From the NCBI GenBank assembly GCA_946965045.2, contig OX337233.1, positions 3,534,001 through 3,598,000 of the forward strand: a stretch of 64,000 nucleotides of DNA, written 5' to 3'. This DNA comes from Epithemia pelagica. Lineage: Eukaryota > Protista > Bacillariophyta. The position numbers and the translations under genes are program-made. Shown in pieces: positions 22,487 to 33,171 of this stretch. Each line of letters opens with the position of its first letter. Position 1 is the stretch's first letter. The notes under the pieces were generated by a model. That model did not search any database and was not told the origin of the DNA. It saw only the letters and a list, made by a program, of their open reading frames with translations.

Positions 22487-23638
22487 ATGACGACGCACAT
22501 CCTCCGCGAACTAGCGCAGTTCTCCCGTCTGGCTTTTACAGACGGTGATGACATTCAAGAAGAACCATGTTGGTGGCCATCAGAATGGCCTTACATTCCA
22601 GGAGGTGGGCGACAACAACACGCAACGGTTGTTGTGGATCATCCCGACCAGAGCCAAGGACAAATGGTTGTCGTGTTGGGAGGACAAGGCGATTATTGTG
22701 AGGACTTAGATTCCGTTCTTCTGTTGAACGTGGAGGATCATAAGAAAGGGTGGCGAGAAGCACGAGCTAGGATGAATGAACCACGGTCGTTGTTTGCTGC
22801 CGTGGTATGCAATGGACATGTTTATGCCATTGGAGGAGAAAATGATGAGTCTCATGAGTATACGTTGTCCTCCATCGAAAGAATTGGCATTAGAGATTTG
22901 GTGGATTCATCATTCGCGATCAATAAAAAGAATCAGACATGGACCACGTTGGAATGCCGTTTGTCGAACGAAACAAGTGGATGCGCCGCGGCCGTTGTAC
23001 ACGACAGATTCATTGTTGTGGCGGGTGGAGAATACAGAGATATTTTTTCATCGGTTGATATTATTGACACGTGCTCCAAAAGTCAATGTTCTGTCATATC
23101 TGGACCACCGATGAATGTGGCTCGAACTTGTTTCGGAATGGCCGTGGTTGGTTCACGTATCTATATCGTTGGTGGCAGGGGCGTAAATTATGCTAGGGAG
23201 AAACATGATCCGTGCTACAAGAACCTTGGCTCTGTAGAGTACCTTGAGTTTGATGATTGGCTGACAGAAGGACCCCCAAGCGCAACACCTATGTTGCCTT
23301 CCACCAAGTCCTGGAAAATTCACAAGGATCTTGTCCTTTACTCTCCTCGATTTAACCATGGTATGGTCAGAGTGGGATCTTGCCTTGTCGTAGTAGGAGG
23401 GGCAACAAGTGACTTTGATTCCTTGCTTTCTACGGAGGTGCTGGACACGCATGACAACTTTGTATGGGAGCTGCCAGAACTATCCATTGAAAAGCAAGGT
23501 TCTTGTGTGGTTGCCGTCACAACTGGCATTGTAACGATGGGAGGCTCTCACTTTGGGGAAAAACATCCGGGTGAAACACTGTCTCTTTTTGACAAGTACT
23601 CTTTGTGTTTTCATGCTCTGCGATCAGGGCTTTGTTGA
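22487..23638 (+). CDS. Kelch-repeat protein, copy 4
   Basis: Kelch motifs as in the paralogs; probable ATG 22487 (MTTHIL). Confidence 0.85.
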   Translation: MTTHILRELAQFSRLAFTDGDDIQEEPCWWPSEWPYIPGGGRQQHATVVVDHPDQSQGQMVVVLGGQGDYCEDLDSVLLLNVEDHKKGWREARARMNEPRSLFAAVVCNGHVYAIGGENDESHEYTLSSIERIGIRDLVDSSFAINKKNQTWTTLECRLSNETSGCAAAVVHDRFIVVAGGEYRDIFSSVDIIDTCSKSQCSVISGPPMNVARTCFGMAVVGSRIYIVGGRGVNYAREKHDPCYKNLGSVEYLEFDDWLTEGPPSATPMLPSTKSWKIHKDLVLYSPRFNHGMVRVGSCLVVVGGATSDFDSLLSTEVLDTHDNFVWELPELSIEKQGSCVVAVTTGIVTMGGSHFGEKHPGETLSLFDKYSLCFHALRSGLC

Positions 23639-24568
23639 TAGTTTGTGGAAGTTTCGTTGCGCTTGGCATATTTGTCTATTTGTTCGGAACAAAGACCATT
23701 GGCCTTGTGAATGATATAGCCAAGGAATGACTTGGTTGGCATGTGGAACGAAGTGTGGCGTCCCTACCCACAATCCGTCCCATCTTTTACTAACCGTATT
23801 GATAAGATTCCTTCTGATTGAATGATTCGACCTAGCTAGCTAGGATGAAGGATCGTGGATGTTCCGGTCGTTTGATACTGTTTCCCTTGCTTTGTTTCTG
23901 TTTACTATGCAACAAAGAGAAAGGAAATTCATCTGAGAAAGGAAAGATAGCTCTTGGAGCTGGAGGAGTGAAAGCTACCCTTTCATGACCCTCCGAAAGT
24001 AGAAGAACAAACCCCGTCCTTCACACCATATGAGTTGAAGTGATCTCAATAGATAGGAAGAATATCGTGGACGATCGGCGTTCGTTTCATCCTGCTGTCG
24101 TCTGATGGTTTCTCTCTATTGTCTATTTCGAACCTTTAGAGAGTTAGAGATGACAAAGGAACGGCTTCACCATGGAAATGGGTAGCTACCCAGTCATGAC
24201 TCAGATACCCCTTTTCCAACATGTTAAAGACCCACGACTCACGCAATCCACTCATCGATCTTTTGAATCTCTTTCGGGAAGTCGTTTGGTTGTTGTGGTT
24301 GTTGGGCGTGATCCTCTCTCTCCATGGAACTGAAGAATGCTCAAACCGTAAAGACGAGAAACAAAAGAGACTCACGTTGGTCGTCTTGCTCAATCACTAC
24401 CGTTGGGAGCTCGCCACGAATCACATTGAAAACCACATTTCTATCCTCCAAGCTAATAAAAAGGCAGAAAAACAGGACAAGTTCCCATCATCACTGCCAC
24501 CTGCAGCAACATCCACAGAGAAAAAGTACGAGAGCTTTGGATCTGAGGTTGCTTTTCTCACAAACAAA

Positions 24569-26251
24569 ATGCCACTTTCCTCGTCGGACTATCGTCATTC
24601 GGCCTTATCGCAGACAGAAGAGGAAGACCACGATATACCAACGAAAGGCCTTCACTCTGCTGCCAAACAAGACAACAACAACGACAAGACACCATTACGC
24701 TCCGCCCCTGCCACCACCAAGTTCTCCCCGTTAGAACTTGAAGAGTTTGGATCGGAAGAACACGAGACCAATCACCAGTTTGGTACAACAACAAGTGTCC
24801 AGCCACAAAGGACGACACCCACCAGTACTTGGTCGTCATCCTTGTCCCCGCTCTTTCGTTGGATTGCCGAAACGGAACATCAACGCACTCATTCGGCAAT
24901 CTATCAGCATGTGACTGGGGACGACCATGATGACGATGATGATGATCATCCAGACGACTTGTTCCAGGAGCACACGTTGGAGGAACACAACGACGAGGAT
25001 GACGACTTGTTGGATGGAGTGACACCGGTCCGGACGTCTGTTTGTCCTTTGTTTGGAGGAAATGATGAGGATGAGGATGCAGAAGAATCGGGTAGTACAC
25101 GTTTCTGGTATCGGAGTGTCGCGTGTCTCTTGGTGGTGCTGGTGGCGGCCATTGTCCTAGTACCAGCAACGACTACGACAACTACGAGGTCTACCAATCA
25201 TCATCATGCCAGGGGATCCTATGCTCGAACTTGTCGCAAGCAAGTCTTTGACCAGGCCCAACAACTGGAGGGGGATGGCATTCATTCCTGGCAATCCTTT
25301 CAAACCTCCATGGCCACCAACCAAAATTGGTGTCGTCCTCCTCGTAACACCCACCAGCATTCAACATCAACCAGCGACTGTCTCTGTACCAGTCGCGTCG
25401 AGGCGAGATCGAGACATCCAGACGGCTCTCCCAACAGTCATAATCAGCCAGGCGATGAAGAGACTGAACCGACAAGCGCATGGGATGTGGCCGTGGCGAA
25501 ACAAAATGTGCAAACCTTGTTGAATCAAACATCGGCTGTGGATGTGGTCTTTCTCGGTGACGAGCGAATGGCTCGATGGAGAGGCATGGTCCAAGGGACG
25601 GTACGACCCGAATTGGCCGACAATACCAAGGTCTTTGATCACTTTTTTACAAGACAGCCACAACAACAAGAAGCACAAATCTCGGGTGTGTCCATGGCTG
25701 TGACGGGAGATGAATGTCCTCATCTCTTGTATCGACTGCGCCGTACCTATGCCAATGCCTTGACAACATTGGTTCATCATGCACCCATTTGGTGGTTAGT
25801 GATTGGCACCAATGACGTTGTCACACACACGTGTGCCTATCCCGGTGTTTTGGCCGGCATTCTGGCTCTGGTGACGGAATTGCAACGACAAAGTCCACAC
25901 AGTACCATTGTCATCAATTCGCTGTTGCCAACCAAGGACATGGATCTCTGGAACCACACGATTCATCCACTCAATCAAGCCTTGCAGTGTTATGTCGCTG
26001 GACTCGACTATGACGTGCATCGTGTCGAATTAATGGATGTCACCAACTTGTTTCTCGACAACCAGGATTCCTCACTCATTCCACGCCGCAATGAATCCTT
26101 ATTTGCCTCCTCGTTCCCAAATATTCATGACGATGACGACGAAGGCCACCAGGCCTATCCAAATGCCTTGGGCTATCAAATCTGGGGACAAGCCATTGTC
26201 GAGAAGATCCAGGAACTACGAGGCAAGCGACGACGACTGCAACAACAATGA
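24569..26251 (+). CDS. Membrane-anchored SGNH/GDSL-hydrolase-like protein (PAF-acetylhydrolase-like), catalytic residues altered
   Basis: One TM helix (VACLLVVLVAAIVLV); block I VVFLGDE, block II TGDECPHLLYRL, block III WLVIGTND, block V-like YPNALGYQIW. The longer ORF start at 24221 lies in a duplicated non-coding block, so ATG 24569 is preferred. Confidence 0.75.
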   Translation: MPLSSSDYRHSALSQTEEEDHDIPTKGLHSAAKQDNNNDKTPLRSAPATTKFSPLELEEFGSEEHETNHQFGTTTSVQPQRTTPTSTWSSSLSPLFRWIAETEHQRTHSAIYQHVTGDDHDDDDDDHPDDLFQEHTLEEHNDEDDDLLDGVTPVRTSVCPLFGGNDEDEDAEESGSTRFWYRSVACLLVVLVAAIVLVPATTTTTTRSTNHHHARGSYARTCRKQVFDQAQQLEGDGIHSWQSFQTSMATNQNWCRPPRNTHQHSTSTSDCLCTSRVEARSRHPDGSPNSHNQPGDEETEPTSAWDVAVAKQNVQTLLNQTSAVDVVFLGDERMARWRGMVQGTVRPELADNTKVFDHFFTRQPQQQEAQISGVSMAVTGDECPHLLYRLRRTYANALTTLVHHAPIWWLVIGTNDVVTHTCAYPGVLAGILALVTELQRQSPHSTIVINSLLPTKDMDLWNHTIHPLNQALQCYVAGLDYDVHRVELMDVTNLFLDNQDSSLIPRRNESLFASSFPNIHDDDDEGHQAYPNALGYQIWGQAIVEKIQELRGKRRRLQQQ

Positions 26252-26503
26252 TAGTCGGTCGACAGTGGAACGAATGTATATTGCACAATCCGAATACAAA
26301 AGAGTCTAGGGTCTACAGAGACAATCCCAACGAATGGTGGTTCTATGTTACGACTGGTGCAGTACATGCACGGCATTCTACGACTACTCGCGCATGGAGT
26401 CATTGTAGGCCTTATCAGTCTTGGTTGGGTGCCATTTTCCCTTTTCAATTTTACACGAGTCGTACCGTCGATTCCTTTCGTCGCGAACGCCCATGACGTC
26501 GAA

Positions 26504-26640
26504 GGTAGCTCATGCCTTGACACAAGCCATGGGGTCTTTCAAACCAAGCTTCTCTTGGCCTGTTTGTGGATAGTCTCCTCGGACCATCACATGTACAAGA
26601 ATTCAATCGGAAAGAATTGGCTAATCCTTGGGATCTTGTA
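26504..26640 (+). pseudogene. Arrestin-like remnant, unit 5
   Basis: About 135 bp matching the arrestin 3' end (HALxxAMG..FQTK..LACLWxVSxDHxM) with an internal deletion. Confidence 0.7.
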
Positions 26641-26930
26641 GAGTCATTCGGGACGCCTTACTCTTGTAATTGAGAAAGGGCGCTATGTTCGAATTTCTCG
26701 TATACGCTCGACAGTCGACTGTGAACTGTGAATGTATGGATCCGAGACAGAGAATACCTTACCATTGTGAGAGTGAGTGTGAGCGTGGATACTTTAGTAA
26801 GCCGCCCGGCGATAGTCATTTCAAACCAAAACAATCGCCCCAATGGATCGGGCTTATGTCTTTCGGCTGAATGGCGCCATATCCACTGATTGTCGTCTGA
26901 TCTCAATTCTCACCGCGAGATCGAAAGACA

Positions 26931-28208
26931 ATGATGAGCCTCCTCCGCCCACTAGCACAGTTCTCCCGACTGGCTTTTACAGACTGTTCTGACATTCAAG
27001 AGGAACCAGCATGGAGGCCATCTGAATGGCCTCCGTTACCAGGAGGTTGGCGACTACAACACACATCGGTTGTTGTGGATCATCCCGACAAGGACCAAGG
27101 ACAAATTGTTATCGTATTGGGAGGATATCACGGCCATGGTAGTGACTTAAATTCCGTTCTTCTGTTGAATGTTGACGATCATAAGAAAGGGTGGCGAGAA
27201 GCACGCGCTAGGCTGAATGAAGCACGGTCGTTGTGTGCTGTCGTGGTATGCAATGGAGCTCTCTACGCCATTGGAGGAGAATATGATGAGACTCAAGATT
27301 CTTCGTTGTCCACCATTGAAAGAATTTATATTACAGATCTGGTTTATTCATCGTTTGCAAGCAATACAAACAATTATCAGTGGACGACGTTAGAATGCCG
27401 TTTATCTGACAACAGAGGTGGGTGCGCCGCGGCCGTTGTACAGGACAGATTCATTGTTGTGGCGGGTGGAGAATATAGAGATGTTCTTTCATCGGTTGAT
27501 ATTATTGACACATGCTCCCAAAGCCAATGTTCCGTCATATCTGGACCACCGATGAATGTGGCTCGAACTTGCTTTGGAATGGCCGTGGTTGGTTCACGTA
27601 TTTATGTCGTTGGTGGTCGGGGCGTATATGATGATAGGGCGGAAGATGATCCGTACTACAAGAACCTTGGCTCTGTCGAGTACCTGGATTGTGATGATTG
27701 GCTGACAGAAGGACCCCCAATTTCAACATCTATGTCGCCATCCACGAAGTCATGGAACATTCATAATGATCTTGTTCTTGGCACTCCTCGATACAATCAT
27801 GGTATGGTCAGAGTGGGATCCTGCCTTGTCGTAGTAGGCGGGGGCAACAGTGAAAGTGCTTTCCATTTTTCTAAGGAGCCGTTGCTCTCGGCGGAGGTGT
27901 TGGACACGCAACGCAACTTTGTATGGGAGTTACCAGAAATGAAACAGGGAAAGCAAGATACTAGCGTGGTTGCCGTTTCAACTGGCATTGTAACGATTGG
28001 AGTTGAAGCACTGTCTCTTGTGGACAAGCACTCTTTGTGTTTCCTTCGGTTGATGGCTCTGGGTAAGTCGCCATACCGACCGAAAGTATTGAAACAAGGT
28101 GCAGAACCGTCAGATGAGGTAGACGCAATTGCGACTGTAGAGGAGACAAGCAAAGGTATTAAGGTGATGCAACGTGATCGAAAGAGACATAAAAGTGACT
28201 CGATATAG
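26931..28208 (+). CDS. Kelch-repeat protein, copy 5 (extended C-terminus)
   Basis: Kelch motifs; closest to copy 4 (shared DPxYKNLGSVEYL). Confidence 0.85.
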   Translation: MMSLLRPLAQFSRLAFTDCSDIQEEPAWRPSEWPPLPGGWRLQHTSVVVDHPDKDQGQIVIVLGGYHGHGSDLNSVLLLNVDDHKKGWREARARLNEARSLCAVVVCNGALYAIGGEYDETQDSSLSTIERIYITDLVYSSFASNTNNYQWTTLECRLSDNRGGCAAAVVQDRFIVVAGGEYRDVLSSVDIIDTCSQSQCSVISGPPMNVARTCFGMAVVGSRIYVVGGRGVYDDRAEDDPYYKNLGSVEYLDCDDWLTEGPPISTSMSPSTKSWNIHNDLVLGTPRYNHGMVRVGSCLVVVGGGNSESAFHFSKEPLLSAEVLDTQRNFVWELPEMKQGKQDTSVVAVSTGIVTIGVEALSLVDKHSLCFLRLMALGKSPYRPKVLKQGAEPSDEVDAIATVEETSKGIKVMQRDRKRHKSDSI

Positions 28209-28816
28209 CACATTTGCTGGGCAATATGACTACGTAATTCTCAAGTATGTTCTTTCCGTATTTTTGCCGTTGTCTCTAGAGACAGAGATCATAATCTGTT
28301 TGAAATGATTGCTGGCTAGGAAGAAGATCGCGGGCGATCGGCCTTCGTTCCCCTCTATTCAGTACAACCTTTCGAGAGAAAGGAATGTTACCATGGAAAT
28401 GTCTAGCTACCGAGTTATGCGTAATCCTCTCTCCATGGATCCAGAGGAATGAGCAAACCATAAAGACGAAACAGTAGAGACGCACGTTTGTCTTCTTGCT
28501 CAATCACCGCATCGAAGCAGAGTCGCTATCATGGTATGTTTCACTCCTTTTCGCTTCCTATATGGACACCTTTTCTAAAAAAAGAGGAGCTGATGGACAG
28601 AACATTGTGATGCTGCCTCGTAACCGAAAACACAAGTACAGGACTTCGTCTGACAATGTGCGTGAACGTGAAGTAATGCCTGTAGCTCTTGGCATGCATG
28701 TGTTTGTGTTCCCTGTGACTTGTTGTCGATGTCTCCAGTAGAGGATCAAGTGGAATCTGGATCAACATTAATTCTCATCAGGTCCGAACAACTCACGAAT
28801 CGATTGCTGGAACCTT

Positions 28817-29668
28817 TCAGTACGGCCACGAGATGTATTTGGTTCCTCCCAACAGATCTAAAAATCCATAATAGTCCATACCATCTGCAAACACAGTTTC
28901 GAGAAAGTCTAGATTCAACTCTTGTTGCTTGGATTGGTTCTTGTTGCTCGCAGCATTCCCACCATCATTTTGCTCTTCTTGTCTCGAGAGTAGAGCATTG
29001 TAGACCATGGTGATGGTCGTATCGTCAATCTGCTGTTGTTGATTCAAAATGGCATTTAATTGGGGTCGCAGGGATGTGGGCAAGGGTCCCGTCGGGTTGC
29101 GAGGATTGTACAAACCTTGTTCTTCCAAGAGTTGCATGTACACTCGCGTTTCGACGCCCTTGTTCATTTTCACCGTCTTTTCCAAGGATGACGAATCGTC
29201 CATTCCATAGGGTTTGAGGGGCCACGCAAAGTCCAACGCTCGAACGCGTTGGGCAAATTGTGCTCGAGACAGAACCACCAAGGAGTCCGACCCAGTCGCT
29301 TCTTCTTGTTGTCTTGCAGACTGGAAAAAGCCATGGCGACGCAACTCGTCCAACGTAATGAGACACGACGATCCTGGGGGTGCCATCGTTTGGCCAAAAC
29401 ACGAAGGACCGGCCAATTTGCCATAGACTTGAATCACTTGTACAATCGGAACAGAAGAAGTAGTAGGCGGCGAGGATAATGATGAGGATGACGATGACAC
29501 TTGGGCAGCCAATAAAGTGGGTACTGGCAGTTGCACCATTTCCGTTTCTGGCAGAAAGGAAAGAAGCGGCAATGGATCCGTCATGGACAATAGAAGCCAT
29601 ACCATTGGCTGGACGATTGTCGATGGCAAAAGAAGCGGAGGCAACATCATCCACATATCTCTTGTCAT
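28817..29668 (-). CDS. Hypothetical protein
   Basis: 283-aa ORF with a globular-looking core (FAWPLKPYG...NKGVETRVYMQLLE...NPRNPTGPLPTSLRP); no family recognised; start uncertain. Confidence 0.55.
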   Translation of the reverse strand: MTRDMWMMLPPLLLPSTIVQPMVWLLLSMTDPLPLLSFLPETEMVQLPVPTLLAAQVSSSSSSLSSPPTTSSVPIVQVIQVYGKLAGPSCFGQTMAPPGSSCLITLDELRRHGFFQSARQQEEATGSDSLVVLSRAQFAQRVRALDFAWPLKPYGMDDSSSLEKTVKMNKGVETRVYMQLLEEQGLYNPRNPTGPLPTSLRPQLNAILNQQQQIDDTTITMVYNALLSRQEEQNDGGNAASNKNQSKQQELNLDFLETVFADGMDYYGFLDLLGGTKYISWPY

Positions 29669-29921
29669 CCGGTAAGAAGAACGAAAAGATACCTCGAAGA
29701 AGAATCTAATTCACTGACCACAAGCCGCGATCATCCAAACCACTATGCGTCTCCAAGAAAAACCTTGCTAGCCACTCCTAGATGGACCAAAACGGCGCAT
29801 CTATGGATACAATAGAGAAGTTTAGTTGGCAGTGTAAATACCAGGCTCTATAAAGATATTAAGATATTCCATCTTAGGTACAAACAGAGGCAAAGAGCGC
29901 CAAAAGTGCTAGGCAAGCTCT

Positions 29922-30524
29922 TTAAACATCAGGGATGAGGGAGACTCCCAATTGTTCGTGGACCATAAGGGCCAACAAACCCATCATGGCGGCACGGCCT
30001 TGGTTCAATTCAATGGCACGCTTGGTCAACTTGGTCTCTTCGTCGAAAGAGTCCCAGCCATAGTCAATGGCGCCGTTGCGGAAGTCACCAGGGAATTCAC
30101 CAGGTTCGGCACCGTTGGCTTGGTCCTTCATGACACAGGCTTCCAACAAACCAACGAACAACAACAATTGCACAAGTCCACCGGCAGGGATGGCCTTGAA
30201 GGCGGCGAAACCGTTGGGGATGGAGGCGAAGGAGGTGCCAGAGAAGTCAATGTCTCCAGGAAGACGGATTCCGGCTTCTTGGACCAAGTATCCGACAACA
30301 CCCAACATGCAGATGCGGCCGTGCTTCAATTCGACGTAACGAAGGCGGTCGAACTTTTCTTGGTCACCGTCAGCGACAAGGCCGAGGGGATCGAAGAAGC
30401 CAAGAGGAGGCTGGGCGCCCAAAGCATCTTCGAAGGCGTTCAAGGCTGTGGAGGAGGCCTTTTGGGAAGCCGGGGCGAAGGCGGCGGCGGTGGCAACAAG
30501 GGAGGCAAAGATGGCGGACTTCAT
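29922..30524 (-). CDS. lhcf: Fucoxanthin chlorophyll a/c-binding protein (Lhcf), copy A
   Basis: MKSAIFASLVATAAAFAP bipartite presequence; GFFDPLG, ELKHGRICML and ELNQGRAAMMG LHC motifs; ATG 30524. Confidence 0.97.
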   Translation of the reverse strand: MKSAIFASLVATAAAFAPASQKASSTALNAFEDALGAQPPLGFFDPLGLVADGDQEKFDRLRYVELKHGRICMLGVVGYLVQEAGIRLPGDIDFSGTSFASIPNGFAAFKAIPAGGLVQLLLFVGLLEACVMKDQANGAEPGEFPGDFRNGAIDYGWDSFDEETKLTKRAIELNQGRAAMMGLLALMVHEQLGVSLIPDV

Positions 30525-31273
30525 GATTGTATCTCTGTTTTTCAAGAATATGAGAGTGAGGGAGCTTGCTTTGGTTTGGAATAGTTCCTTGTTGGTGCCA
30601 CGCACTAGAATCCAAAAAGGAGAATCTTTAATTATTTGAACCTTCAAGGATCCAGGCAGAAGGTTTCGTGCCGGTACGTGGTACTCCTACTACAGATTCT
30701 GGATTCCTGTCCCTCGTTTCATCAAAGATTGAATTCTCCCCATTGGGGAGAACATGGAACATGCAGATTGCAGGAACACGCGAAACTATGTCGGCTATGA
30801 CCTCACGCGCCCTATGCTAGCAGACAAGGCAGCATTTTAGCTTAGTACTAGCTAAACAGCTCTAGTCCTTGTCGTTTTGGCGATTGTCTCTTGTTCAAAA
30901 GACCGGGGCAATAAAAATGGTGCACCCGGTATTAAGCCTCATGACACACACAAGATGAAATTGTTGTCTTGTAATGTCCTACTTATCACTCATTAGCTAA
31001 GCCCGACGAGTAATGTTGTGTACACTACATAACTTCTCAGTCTTGTGACTTGTGAGTGTGAGCCATCGGTAAATAAGCTCAACGGCAAGGACTACGACGT
31101 GTAGCTGCTCGCCACAATAGGCTATAATATTCTTGAACAGCCCAATTCCCATTATTTGGTCTATTTAACAGTACATCCAGTACCTCTCTAGTACAACATT
31201 ACTGCAGAAGTACGAGTCGTGCTTCTATTTTGTCACGGTGCTCCCACGGGATGGTTCTCGCAAACCTCACAAA

Positions 31274-31460
31274 ATGAAGCGGACAAGACGACAAGCGGAC
31301 AAGATGAAGCGACAAGCGGACAAGAAGACAAGACGACAAGCCGACAAGACGACAAGCGGACAAAACGACAAGCGGACAAAACGACAAGCGGACAAAACGA
31401 CAAGCGGACAAAACGACAAGACGACAAGCGGACAAAACGACAAGCGGACAAAACGACAAT
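31274..31460. repeat. Minisatellite of GACAAGCGGACAAAAC (16-mer) interleaved with 8-mer GACAAGAC-type units
   Basis: Direct reading: several consecutive perfect 16-mers, with degenerate copies at the left. Confidence 0.9.
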
Positions 31461-31556
31461 CAAACCAAACGCAACAAGCACGGCGTGTTAATCTCTAGAA
31501 CTAGTTTAGTTTAATTCGTTCAATGTTTAATCCACACAATGCCATTGTTAGACAAC

Positions 31557-31638
31557 TTTGATTTTTTGCGATCCCGCGCGAGGCGCACGTGCATTGAGCA
31601 CTAGCATCCGTGTGTGCCGTATTTCATGTAGGGGCCTA
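31557..31638. repeat. 82-bp direct repeat, copy 1 (copy 2 at 33793-33874), flanking the pogo element
   Basis: TTTGATTTTTTGCGATCCCGCG...GTAGGGGCCTA is identical at both positions. Confidence 0.95.
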
Positions 31639-31836
31639 CCGTAATTTGCGGATTCCTGTCCCCCCGGAATGTTCAAAAATTTTGAGGGGGGGGGACAGGA
31701 CTACGTAAATTTTTCGTAAATTTTTTTTAAGATTCCATAAGATTCCATATCGTAGTACTATTTACAAGACAGTGTTTTTTCGCGCTTTTTTTGATTCGGT
31801 GGTGGGAGGTCCGCTCATCACTGCGTGTAAGAGCTT

Positions 31837-33171
31837 TTGACCATGGACGCTGCGGATGAAGACAACATCAACGCCCCAAAGCGATGTCGGGTTTTCATTC
31901 CCAACAAAAGGAAGGTGGAGATCTGCAACAAACTGAGGAGAGGTCGTAGATTGGATGCCAACTTTTCTTTAAAAAAGCTGGCAAGAGATGAAGATGTGGA
32001 TCCCTCTCAGTTGAGACGATGGATGAAGCAAATGCCAACGCTCCTACAGGCTTGCCACGATTCCAAGAAGTCGAAGTTCTCTGTCCACTTTGGTCGGAAG
32101 ACAACCTTTCCGAAGGCAGATGAACTGGTGGACAAGATCATGGATTTGAGAGAGTCTGGAATGCCAGTGTCCACCAACATGGCTGTCATAATGGCATGCC
32201 AGATGGACAACAACTTGCGTCGCAAGAGCTCTACAGCTAAGTATGCAATAATCAGACGCATTCTCCGTGCCAAGGGTATTGTGATCAGATCAAAGACCCA
32301 CGAGGCGCAAACCCATCCCAGAGAAAAGCAAGAAGAAGCCAAGCAGTTTGTCCAGTCTGTCCTTCCATTGATTCAACAGCCATGTCGTCATAAAGACTTC
32401 ATTGCGAATATGGACCAGACCCCTGTGTTTTTCTCAATGACTCCTAACACTACACTTGAAACACAGGGGTCGAGAAGTGTACATGTAAGGGCGTCCAGTG
32501 GGAGTACAATGAGGGTGACGCTGGCTGTGTTTGTGACTGCAAATGGAGAGATGCTCCCCCCCTACATGGTTTATAAAGGTAAAGCCAATGGAAGAATCAA
32601 CAGAGAGTTTACAGATGATAAGAACGACTATCCCAAGGACTGCTTTTATGCAGCACAGCCAAAAGCGTGGATGGATGAGCGTATTTGTCTTGAGTGGGCA
32701 GAGAAGGTGGTGAAACCATGGGCGCAGAAAGCCCCAGAAGGAATTACCCCCTTGTTGTTCCTTGACTCTTACAAGTGTCATTTGATGTCATCTGTGAATA
32801 CTGCCATTGAGGAACTCGGAGTTGAAGTGGAGTACATCCCTGGTGGATGTACTTCCCTTTGCCAACCAGTTGATGTTGGTATCAACAAGCCGCTCAAAAA
32901 TCGGATTAGAGCGGCCTGGGAGCAATACATGTTGGAGGAGGGACTTGCACAGGATAAGACAACTCCTCCAAGTCGTCCTACCATTGCCAAGTGGTGTGAG
33001 ATGGCTTTAAAGGAATTGGATGGGGATATCATTAGGCATGCCTGGCGACATGGAGAATACTCATTTTTTCCTGGGGAGGTTGCTCCATCTACACCGACAG
33101 AAACAATCCAAGAATTGGAAGATAGTATGCAAGAACTCAGTTTGTCAAGTGACAGTATTTCTATTGATTAA
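31837..33171 (+). CDS. pogo/Tigger-type transposase (CENP-B-like HTH + DD35D)
   Basis: ANMDQTP, LFLDSYKCH and CQPVDVGINKPLK, with 35 residues between the 2nd and 3rd Asp; N-terminal HTH region. Confidence 0.92.
   Translation: MTMDAADEDNINAPKRCRVFIPNKRKVEICNKLRRGRRLDANFSLKKLARDEDVDPSQLRRWMKQMPTLLQACHDSKKSKFSVHFGRKTTFPKADELVDKIMDLRESGMPVSTNMAVIMACQMDNNLRRKSSTAKYAIIRRILRAKGIVIRSKTHEAQTHPREKQEEAKQFVQSVLPLIQQPCRHKDFIANMDQTPVFFSMTPNTTLETQGSRSVHVRASSGSTMRVTLAVFVTANGEMLPPYMVYKGKANGRINREFTDDKNDYPKDCFYAAQPKAWMDERICLEWAEKVVKPWAQKAPEGITPLLFLDSYKCHLMSSVNTAIEELGVEVEYIPGGCTSLCQPVDVGINKPLKNRIRAAWEQYMLEEGLAQDKTTPPSRPTIAKWCEMALKELDGDIIRHAWRHGEYSFFPGEVAPSTPTETIQELEDSMQELSLSSDSISID

Noticed and set aside
23623-23655. 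GATCAGGGC...GTGGAAGTT at the end of kelch copy 4 resembling the hAT TIR
   Set aside because: It aligns with the native 3' end and flank of kelch copy 3 (CCAGAGCTCTGTTGATAGTTGGTAGAAG), so it is host sequence, not a transposon end or footprint.
24221-24568. N-terminal 116 residues of the 676-aa SGNH ORF
   Set aside because: They overlap a non-coding block duplicated at 28290-28520, where the frame is not preserved.
31274-31460. CRISPR-like array
   Set aside because: The units are contiguous with no unique spacers, no cas genes are present, and the context is eukaryotic.
31199-31498. Four short ORFs with KRTKRQADK / LVVLSACR repeats
   Set aside because: They are translations of the minisatellite in different frames.
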